From Parcubacteria bacterium C7867-008 (GTDB lineage Bacteria > Patescibacteriota > Minisyncoccia > Phycocordibacterales > Phycocordibacteraceae): 64,000 nt of DNA. Below the pieces are notes generated by a model. It made no database searches. It was not told where the DNA came from and saw only the letters and a program-made list of their open reading frames with translations. This document shows, piece by piece, positions 17,302-24,720 of the stretch. Position numbers and translations under genes: made by a program. Location: positions 249,635 through 313,634 of the forward strand of contig LFCR01000004.1 in NCBI GenBank assembly GCA_001189215.1. The letters run 5' to 3'. Position 1 is the first letter of the stretch; each line of letters opens with the position of its first letter.

Positions 17302-19509
17302 CTACTTAGCAACCTGCACTGCTTCTTCAAAACGAACAGAAAGGAGTTTTGAAATACCGTCACTTCCCATGGTGACACCGTAGAGAATACCTGCACGACT
17401 CATGGTCTCGCGGTTGTGGGAGATAACGATGAGCTGAGACTTCTTAGCAAGGTTATCGATCATGTCTCCATAACGACGACTGTTGGCCTCATCAAGTGCT
17501 GCATCGGTCTCATCAAGGATAAGGAATGGTGGCGGGTTCACCTGACTCATTGCAAAGATCAATGCAATTGAAGTGAGCGCGCGCTCACCTCCCGAGAGTT
17601 GCATGAGAGACTGCACACGCTTCTTAGGAAGGTTTACCGAGATTTCTATACCTGCCTTGCGTGGCTTTCCTGGCTCAAGTTGTTCTCCCTCTTCATCCTC
17701 TTCTTCTGCTATGACCGTGAGCTCTTCAAGTACCAGCTTTGCACCTCCTCCTCCGAACATAAGGCTGAAGAATTCTCCGAAAGATGAGTTCACCTTGGTG
17801 AGACCTTCGCTAAAGGTTTTGTGCAGTTCGATATCAAGATCACTGATGAGGGAACGCAGACCGTCTGCTGATTTAGCGAGATCATCGAGCTCACGCGCAA
17901 GGAATGTTTCTCGTCCAACAGCTTCTTCATATTCCTTCTTCACATCTTCGGTACCTCCACCAGCTTCTTCAACACGAATCTTGAGGCGTTCCATACCCCG
18001 CTTACGTTCCTCTTGGGTACGACGATCTTCCTTGGGAAGCTCTGTTAGTTTTTCATAGGAAAGTGCGGATGAACCAGCAAGTGCTAGTACTTCCCCACGC
18101 TCTCTACTGAATTCCTCTGCAAGATAAGAGAGCTCATTCAATCGAGCATCAAGACGAGCTACGTTTGCTTCTTCAGTTGCTCGCGAGTCTGCAACCGCAA
18201 GGAGACGGTGTTGTTGCTCACGACCGGTCTCATCATAGGCAAGACGATCCTGGCGAGCGCGTTCAAGTGCAGCCCGTGCATCAGCAATAGCATCTGCAAG
18301 CTTCTGATCCTTAGCAGTAAGGGCTTCTCGCTCTGCTTCCAGCGTATATACAATATTCTCTTCTTCAATGAGATATTCGTCTGCAGGAGCAGTGAAGCGT
18401 AGAAGGAAGGCACCTATAGCACCCTTGATTGCTTCTAGAGCACCACGTAAAGCTTCATGGTCGCTTCCCTCTGCAATATCTCCTGCACGTTCAATAGAGG
18501 CCTGTAGTTGAGTAAGATCTTGTCGTGGGATCTTTACATATGGTTCTTCCTTAACCGCGTGACTACGACGCTTCGCTGAATCAAGCGCTCCCTCTACTCT
18601 TCCAATCTCACGAGAGAGCTGTGCGCGTTCTTGAGATATACGATCTAATTCGCGTTCTGCCAGTCGGACTTTCTCAACATGTTTAAGTCCTTCTGAATCA
18701 TTGTTACGATCTTCAAAGGCTTTGAGTCCTGCTTCAGCGTGTGCGAGCTTCTCACCAGCTACTTCACGTTCGCGCTTTACTCGTACACTCTCGGTATCAA
18801 GATAAAGTTCCTCAATGGCAAAGTATGTCTGACATGCCGTTGCAAGCTCACGTGCCAGTTCCTCTGCACGTTCTAGACGTTCAACCTGCTTCTTAAGGAA
18901 ACGGATGTGCGGTGCGATCTCACGACGAAGTGCTTCGACTTCTTTTACGTTTGCATCGGTACGTTCAAGCTTTCGCTCAGCTTCCTGCTTACGGAATTCA
19001 AATCCTTTAAGACCGAGCGCATCCTCGAGCATCGCACGGCGCTCACGAGGGTTCGCAAGAAGAATGCGATCTGCCTCTCCTTGAGAAATGATGTGGTGTC
19101 CGGTCTCACCTATGTTTGCTCCAGCAAGAAGTTCTTGAATATCACGAAGGCGTACCTTACTTCCGTTTAACGAGTATTCACTGGTCCCGTCACGGAATAC
19201 CGCACGCTCAATGGCTACCTCATCAAAGTCTATCTTTGGGAAGATGCGTTTGGTGTTATCGAACACAATCGCTACTGCGGCACGGTTTGCACGTGCACTC
19301 ATGTGCGTACCGCTAAAAATAAGATCTTCGCTACGCTTACCACGCATACTCTTCATAGACTGCTCTCCAAGTGCAAATCGGAATGCTTCAGCTACGTTTG
19401 ACTTACCCGAACCATTCGGCCCAACGATGGCAGTGGTTTGGTTAGAGAAATCGAGCACGGTCTTACGTGCGAAGGATTTAAAGCCTGCTATTTCAAGACG
19501 CTTCAACAT
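17302..19509 (-). CDS. smc: SMC-family chromosome segregation ATPase (short form)
   Basis: GFKSF, Walker A GPNGSGKSN, signature LSGGE, Walker B ILDETDAALD, coiled coils. Confidence 0.88.
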   Translation of the reverse strand: MLKRLEIAGFKSFARKTVLDFSNQTTAIVGPNGSGKSNVAEAFRFALGEQSMKSMRGKRSEDLIFSGTHMSARANRAAVAIVFDNTKRIFPKIDFDEVAIERAVFRDGTSEYSLNGSKVRLRDIQELLAGANIGETGHHIISQGEADRILLANPRERRAMLEDALGLKGFEFRKQEAERKLERTDANVKEVEALRREIAPHIRFLKKQVERLERAEELARELATACQTYFAIEELYLDTESVRVKREREVAGEKLAHAEAGLKAFEDRNNDSEGLKHVEKVRLAERELDRISQERAQLSREIGRVEGALDSAKRRSHAVKEEPYVKIPRQDLTQLQASIERAGDIAEGSDHEALRGALEAIKGAIGAFLLRFTAPADEYLIEEENIVYTLEAEREALTAKDQKLADAIADARAALERARQDRLAYDETGREQQHRLLAVADSRATEEANVARLDARLNELSYLAEEFSRERGEVLALAGSSALSYEKLTELPKEDRRTQEERKRGMERLKIRVEEAGGGTEDVKKEYEEAVGRETFLARELDDLAKSADGLRSLISDLDIELHKTFSEGLTKVNSSFGEFFSLMFGGGGAKLVLEELTVIAEEEDEEGEQLEPGKPRKAGIEISVNLPKKRVQSLMQLSGGERALTSIALIFAMSQVNPPPFLILDETDAALDEANSRRYGDMIDNLAKKSQLIVISHNRETMSRAGILYGVTMGSDGISKLLSVRFEEAVQVAK

Positions 19510-19589
19510 TTGTTCCAGTATACCGTATGAATAAAACGAAACCGCCCCCGTGAGGAGGCGGTTGATGAAACCTGGTACACAATGAACCC

Positions 19590-19706
19590 CTAGGACTTAG
19601 TCGCGACCAGATACCAAACAAGCAGACCTAGCAATGGCCCGGCCACTGCGGCGAAGTACGCTCCGATATGGAGTGCACGTGTATACTTTTCACTTTTGTA
19701 CTGCAC
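19590..19706 (-). CDS. Putative 38-aa single-TM peptide (MQYKSEKYTRALHIGAYFAAVAGPLLGLLVWYLVATKS)
   Basis: GTG start after a GGGAG SD, TTGACG-17-TAGGAT promoter, terminator at ~19537-19563; not in the ORF track. Confidence 0.5.
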   Translation of the reverse strand: MQYKSEKYTRALHIGAYFAAVAGPLLGLLVWYLVATKS

Positions 19707-19843
19707 ACAGAACTCCCCTGAAACTCACAAGACTGATCCTAGAGAGAAAATGAGGTATCGTCAAATATACATGCGTTGTGTGTACAACGAAACCGCTCCT
19801 TTCTTAAGGGAGCGGTCGTGGACATATACTTTTCGTGATACGT

Positions 19844-20326
19844 TCATGGGCCTTCATTAATAGAGAGCCCCTGCCTGTCGAGCCATTCCTCGACCATGGT
19901 GGCGATCTGTTGTTTGGAGTCCTGAATTGTTCGAACCGCCAGCACGATAAGCATCGCCAGATCGAAGAAGAAGATCAACCAGCCAGTAGTTTCTGGAGCT
20001 GCTATAGCCCCCCAAGCCAGGCCGTACGATATTGGGAAGGCGAACAGCAGTGATGGAAGCATGGTCTGGAGGAAGAATTGTTGCCGATCCTGGCCGGATC
20101 TCCTGAAGAAAACCACCAGTACGAAGAAACAGAGGGTGGCTATGAATGTGAGTCGCGTCTTCCATCCGAAGAGTTCGGTCGAAGTATCCAGTGTCGGATA
20201 CCCCATGGCTTTGAGTGACTGATTCAAACCTGGAAGTTCGGCTTGCACGACCAAATAGATGTGGCCAGCGACCATCGCGACGTAGAGAACGAAGCGAATG
20301 AGGAACACCCGGAGCGTGCTGAACAT
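19844..20326 (-). CDS. Hypothetical multi-pass membrane protein
   Basis: About 4 hydrophobic segments; TTGACG-17-TAGAGT promoter, SD, terminator ~19788-19817. Confidence 0.65.
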   Translation of the reverse strand: MFSTLRVFLIRFVLYVAMVAGHIYLVVQAELPGLNQSLKAMGYPTLDTSTELFGWKTRLTFIATLCFFVLVVFFRRSGQDRQQFFLQTMLPSLLFAFPISYGLAWGAIAAPETTGWLIFFFDLAMLIVLAVRTIQDSKQQIATMVEEWLDRQGLSINEGP

Positions 20327-20407
20327 GACATACCCTTCTGCTCGTTCCAACGAGCGGTTAGTGTTTCAATCCAGGCGTACTCTACGAAAACTTACTGTAT
20401 GCGTCAA

Positions 20408-21097
20408 TTACCACCCGGTCTTACCAAGTGCGTTCTGTGCAGCATCTTGTTCAGCTTCCTGTTTGCTCTTTCCCTCTCCACGAGCAACTTCATCTTTATT
20501 TCCAAGGAATACTCCCACGGTGAACTTCTTATCATGATCAGGACCAACTTCTTCAAGTGTTCTGTATGAGGGAGTGACGCTGCGCTTCTCTTGCGCTGCT
20601 TCCTGGAAGCGGCTCTTTGCATCCTGCCATGCACGATTTGCTATCACTGCATCAATCTTTGGATAGAGATGTTTTGCTACGAACGCTTCCGCTGCGTCAT
20701 ATCCCTGATCGAGATAGATAGCTCCAAGAACTGCTTCAAACGCGTTTGCAAGAATAATCTGACGAGCACGACCCATATCCTTACTCTCACCTTTTGAAAG
20801 GAGGAGGAGATCGTTAAGTCCGATCGCTTCGGCAGTATCTGCAAGTGAGAAGGTGTTCACGAGTGAAGCACGGAATGCAGTGAGGTCTCCTTCTGGCTTA
20901 TTTGGAAACTTAAGGAAAAGGAAGTGGGTCGTGGCAAGCTCAAGTACCGCGTCTCCAAGGAACTCAAGGCGCTCATTATGTGCCTTTGCTGTCTTATGTT
21001 CGTTTAGGTACGAACGATGCGTAAGCGCCTCCTCGAGGAACTCTAGGTTATTGAATGTAAGGCCAAGGTGGCCTGCTGCTGCGCTGAAATCAGCCAT
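20408..21097 (-). CDS. rnc: Ribonuclease III
   Basis: ALTHRS, NERLEFLGDAVL signature, C-terminal dsRBD. Confidence 0.96.
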   Translation of the reverse strand: MADFSAAAGHLGLTFNNLEFLEEALTHRSYLNEHKTAKAHNERLEFLGDAVLELATTHFLFLKFPNKPEGDLTAFRASLVNTFSLADTAEAIGLNDLLLLSKGESKDMGRARQIILANAFEAVLGAIYLDQGYDAAEAFVAKHLYPKIDAVIANRAWQDAKSRFQEAAQEKRSVTPSYRTLEEVGPDHDKKFTVGVFLGNKDEVARGEGKSKQEAEQDAAQNALGKTGW

Positions 21098-21190
21098 ATA
21101 GGTGCAGGGTATCTAAAATTACCAAAATGTCCATTAAATCCCTATCAATATCTTACGGGGATTTGATCGCTTATTTCGTACCATCCTGTG

Positions 21191-21260
21191 GCTGGCGGCT
21201 CGGTGTGAGGGGAAAAGATTGGTACCTTTATCCTCGAAGGTTCGATTCCTTCCGCCAGCG
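21191..21260 (+). ncRNA. Degenerate tRNA-Thr(GGT)-like RNA
   Basis: 7-bp acceptor stem GCTGGCG/CGCCAGC, canonical T arm GAAGG-TTCGATT-CCTTC, loop TTGGTAC; lacks U8A9, irregular D and anticodon stems, no encoded CCA. Confidence 0.65.
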
Positions 21261-21270
21261 CAAATAGATT

Positions 21271-21299
21271 TTGACAGGTTATTATTTTGAGAATAGTAT
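21271..21299 (+). promoter_or_regulatory. Near-consensus sigma-70 promoter with no downstream ORF
   Basis: TTGACA-17 nt-TAGTAT. Confidence 0.75.
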
Positions 21300-21305
21300 A
21301 TCTAA

Positions 21306-21375
21306 GTACCAGTCTTCTCAGCACGCTGAGCGAGGATAAAGGAAAGGAAAACGGCCCACGGGCCGTTTTCCTTTT
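21306..21375 (+). ncRNA. Candidate ~70-nt small RNA antisense to the tRNA-like anticodon arm
   Basis: Lies between the promoter and terminator; 11-nt and 12-nt arms complementary to 21215-21225 and 21225-21236. Confidence 0.6.
21343..21375. terminator. Bidirectional terminator (sRNA on +, nusB on -)
   Basis: aaaggaaaacggcc-cacg-ggccgttttcctttt. Confidence 0.85.
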
Positions 21376-21380
21376 AATAA

Positions 21381-22295
21381 CTATGCGTGCACTTTTTTCT
21401 TTGCACTAGAACGATCCAGAAGTTTCTGTACCGCTGCCGTTACGATCGGAAGCATGTCGTCATAGAAATTGAGATCAAGTATGTCCTGTAGGCGAAACCA
21501 CTTAGCGTCATCAAGACCTCCACTCTTCTTAAGCGTGAGTGTTTCGAACGGAGCTTTCACGAGATAGAAATATACGTGCTTACGAACTTTTCCCTTTTCA
21601 GGATGTGATGCGATGTATTCGTTCTCACCAACCATGTCTTCTACCGTTCCCTCTACATCAAGCTCTTCCTTTACCACACGCTTAACACCCTCTTCTGGTG
21701 AAGGGTCTGTCTCAATATGCCCTTTAGATAGAGTCCATCGTCCGAAGACATCGTGTACCAACGCTAAATAGTACTGACCCTCATGTTCTGCATAGATGAT
21801 GCCTCCACCAAGTTTCTCTAGAGGGAGATTCTCACGCTTAACCTTCTCCTTCTTTCCGGTCTCATCCTTACCTGGTTCACCCATTTCTTTGTATACGGCA
21901 CCCAGTACACCATTTACGAAACGGCCTGATGATTCTCCACCAAATACTTTAGCGAGTTCAATGGCTTCGTTAATTGCTACCTTCGCTGGAACCTGCGTAC
22001 GGTCTGCAAAGAGAAGTTCGAATAGACCTATACGGAGAATGTTTCGGTCTACCGGAGCAATCTTATCAATGGGCCAGTCTGGTGCGGCTTTCTCAATAAC
22101 GAGATCGAGGTCTGCACGCTTTGCGATAACACCCGTGAGGAGAGTTTCCATAAATACCTTGTCCGTATCTTCACCGCCGAATTCTTCGACGTTGCGGGTA
22201 AGCATGTCGGGTACGGTCGACTCATCAGCATGGGAAGTATCCCACTCGAAGAGTGTCTGTAGTACGACTGAACGGGCTAGGTGGCGGTTGGCCAT
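21381..22295 (-). CDS. nusB: Transcription antitermination factor NusB fused to a C-terminal Nudix-like domain
   Basis: RHLARSVVLQTLFEW, DRNILRIG, VAINEAIELAK, FVNGVLG; then WTLSKGHIE...EEL Nudix-like segment. Confidence 0.9.
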   Translation of the reverse strand: MANRHLARSVVLQTLFEWDTSHADESTVPDMLTRNVEEFGGEDTDKVFMETLLTGVIAKRADLDLVIEKAAPDWPIDKIAPVDRNILRIGLFELLFADRTQVPAKVAINEAIELAKVFGGESSGRFVNGVLGAVYKEMGEPGKDETGKKEKVKRENLPLEKLGGGIIYAEHEGQYYLALVHDVFGRWTLSKGHIETDPSPEEGVKRVVKEELDVEGTVEDMVGENEYIASHPEKGKVRKHVYFYLVKAPFETLTLKKSGGLDDAKWFRLQDILDLNFYDDMLPIVTAAVQKLLDRSSAKKKVHA

Positions 22296-22380
22296 ATGGA
22301 AAGAGCTATATTCGTAGCGTACGTTAAACAACAACACCGCGCAATGGCGCGGTGTTGTGCATAACTATTTATGTACGGGC

Positions 22381-22737
22381 TTAGTTTCCTGCACCTCCTC
22401 CGAAACCAGAACGACTCTTTGCCTTACCGAGAGTCATACGACCCATGAGTCCTTCCTTCTTCACTTCCTTATCTGAATGGATCGGCTCCTTCACACCTTC
22501 TGCGTGAATGTGCTCCTTCTTATGCTTCTCAACTTTCTTATCATGCTTTGCTTCACGTTTGATAACCTTTGGAGAAATGATTTGCTTGCCACGGTACATA
22601 CCGGTGGTCTCATCAAGGCGGTGTGGGAGGCGAAGTGCGCCTGATTCCTTGTCTGTGACAAGGTTAGTGCCCGCAAGCGCATGATGGCTGCGGCGATTCT
22701 TAGTATGGGAACTGGTGTGGCGCATTCGTACTGACAT
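22381..22737 (-). CDS. rpmF: 50S ribosomal protein L32 (Cys-free form) with C-terminal extension
   Basis: RHTSSHTKNRRSH...LPHR...GMYRGKQI. Confidence 0.8.
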   Translation of the reverse strand: MSVRMRHTSSHTKNRRSHHALAGTNLVTDKESGALRLPHRLDETTGMYRGKQIISPKVIKREAKHDKKVEKHKKEHIHAEGVKEPIHSDKEVKKEGLMGRMTLGKAKSRSGFGGGAGN

Positions 22738-22916
22738 AAGGAATACCCTACCACAGGGCCTTAAAAAAGCAAAAGCACCGCCTATCCCTTGCCTATTTCG
22801 TACTCCAGGCACACTATTAAAGGGTCGCGAAGGACTGGCGGCTTAACCCGACTTTCTGGACCGGCAAAGAGTCGGACGTGTACTGTCCTTTTGATAAATC
22901 AGCTTGGGGAAAGTTG

Positions 22917-23027
22917 ATGACATTGAATCAATCGATCCTGAACTTCCTGATCTTTGTCTGGAGCCTGATCTTCGGCCAAAGGCGGGTCACTGACCGGACG
23001 CACCATCCTGCCGAAGGATTTGCGTAA
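22917..23027 (+). CDS. Putative 36-aa membrane peptide (MTLNQSILNFLIFVWSLIFGQRRVTDRTHHPAEGFA)
   Basis: GGGGA SD, structured UTRs, terminator 23103-23141; not in the ORF track. Confidence 0.45.
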   Translation: MTLNQSILNFLIFVWSLIFGQRRVTDRTHHPAEGFA

Positions 23028-23211
23028 GACACCAATACGACCTGAACCGCGCGCTGAATGCGCATGATGGTTCAGAAGGGCACTGACCGAGTCAGTCGCC
23101 ATGGGCCGGCAGCACCACTTCGCTGCCGGCCCTTCCCTTTTATATTGAAACAAAGAAGAACGCCGCCCGGGAAACCCCGAGGCGTCGTCGTTGCAGGGAG
23201 GCCCTGCAGAA

Positions 23212-23424
23212 TTAGTGGACCTTATCCGGTCCAGCGCATTTGCGCGCTTCGTGCTGTGAGAGGAGATTGACCCCTCTACCATCTTCCCTTTCACAGCAGA
23301 AGATTTGGGTGTTCCCACTGGAATACCCGTGTTTGGCTCGACGACAGATCGAACCGTCTCCCAGAACACATCGGACAGACGTCACCGAGTGCGACACCTG
23401 AACTTCTTGACTCAAAGTCGTCAT
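23212..23424 (-). CDS. Putative 70-aa Cys-containing hypothetical protein
   Basis: GAGG SD before ATG at 23424; terminator at ~23155-23190. Confidence 0.4.
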   Translation of the reverse strand: MTTLSQEVQVSHSVTSVRCVLGDGSICRRAKHGYSSGNTQIFCCEREDGRGVNLLSQHEARKCAGPDKVH

Positions 23425-23476
23425 AGAAACCTCTTCCCCATTGAACTCACGAGCACAAGCCGTCAGCGTAGCTCCC

Positions 23477-24067
23477 TTATGACTGAGGGTCAAGGTGTAC
23501 GAATGAAGTGCGGTGGATAGCACAGAGACCATGCTCACGTACTGCTGTCATATGAGCCTTTGTTCCATAGCCTTTATGTATATCGAATCCGTATAAAGGG
23601 TGCTCAAGTGCGAGCTTTTTCATTAAACGATCGCGCGTAACTTTTGCAGCTACAGATGCCAACATAATTGCAGGGACGGTTGCATCTCCACCGATGATTG
23701 TTTCTTGTTCATATTCGGGAGGTGCCTTTAATGAACCATCGAGAAATACTTTTCCTTCTGCGGGGTCTGGCATTAGTTTGCGCACCCCACGACCAAGGGC
23801 ATGACGAATCGCAAACGCAATTCCCTTCTCATCGATCATTTTCTCACTTGAGAGACAAACGACCGCTTGTACGTTTCCGTTCTTAATTTCTTCCTGAAGT
23901 TTTAAAAATAATGCTTCACGTTTTTTCTCTGAAAGTTTCTTTGAGTCGTTAAGCCCTGGGAATACTGAAAGCAGGTCAAAGCCTTCTGCAACTTTAACAA
24001 CACCCACAGCAACCGGACCCGCTAATGGACCGCGCCCTGCTTCATCGATGCCAATTATATAAGCCAT
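23477..24067 (-). CDS. rnhB: Ribonuclease HII
   Basis: GIDEAGRGPLAGPV, DSKKLS, ASVAAKVTRD, HKGYGT. Confidence 0.95.
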   Translation of the reverse strand: MAYIIGIDEAGRGPLAGPVAVGVVKVAEGFDLLSVFPGLNDSKKLSEKKREALFLKLQEEIKNGNVQAVVCLSSEKMIDEKGIAFAIRHALGRGVRKLMPDPAEGKVFLDGSLKAPPEYEQETIIGGDATVPAIMLASVAAKVTRDRLMKKLALEHPLYGFDIHKGYGTKAHMTAVREHGLCAIHRTSFVHLDPQS

Positions 24068-24678
24068 GGTTCTTCGAATCGTAACCCTGGCCATTTGCTG
24101 AACCAACCTTTAGATTCCGCACGTTCGAGTGCGCGAGCTCTGCGTTCAATCCGTATTGGTCTAACAATTCCATTACCTAGATCTTCAATACCGTGAACCG
24201 CGAGCAATAAGAGCGAGCCTTCCTCAGTAGTACGAACACCAACGCTTGTGGCAGTCTCGACCCAATCTCCGATCGCTTCAGCAGCAGAGTTGTAAGGTTG
24301 TCGTTCAAAATCTCCTAGTTTTGAAATATGCATGCGTGCCTGATTCTTTACCTCGAACTCGTACTCAGGAAGTATTCGCCGTAGTTTTTCAGAAAGCTTA
24401 TTTTCTTCGTCCCACACAGGATTCGACTCTTCTTTTTGTATTAGTTCCAGAATTTCTGATTCAGGCATTCCGTATTCTGAGAGTGATTTCCAGTAGGCCA
24501 CATCAACATCATTAAGTTTCGTTGGTATGTCATTACCAAAAAGATGTTCCCATACCTTATTTCTAACAAAGCCCGCACCCACCCACCAATCTGTGAGATT
24601 GAGGCTTGAAACGGCCTTTATTATGATCATCCGCTCTGCATCGTTCTGTATTAGGTCTAGGATTTCCTGCTCAGACAT
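24055..24678 (-). CDS. Nucleotidyltransferase-family protein (DUF925-like)
   Basis: WVGAGFVRNKVW, DVDVAY, VKNQARMH, ETATSVGVR, KWP motifs. Confidence 0.8.
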   Translation of the reverse strand: MSEQEILDLIQNDAERMIIIKAVSSLNLTDWWVGAGFVRNKVWEHLFGNDIPTKLNDVDVAYWKSLSEYGMPESEILELIQKEESNPVWDEENKLSEKLRRILPEYEFEVKNQARMHISKLGDFERQPYNSAAEAIGDWVETATSVGVRTTEEGSLLLLAVHGIEDLGNGIVRPIRIERRARALERAESKGWFSKWPGLRFEEPWLI

Positions 24679-24720
24679 ACACGGATTTTATCATTACGAG
24701 CCGGTCGGTATAATGGCTGT

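Noticed and set aside
21191-21260. tmRNA
   Set aside because: No GGGG 5' end or G3-U70 alanine determinant, and no tag-coding region
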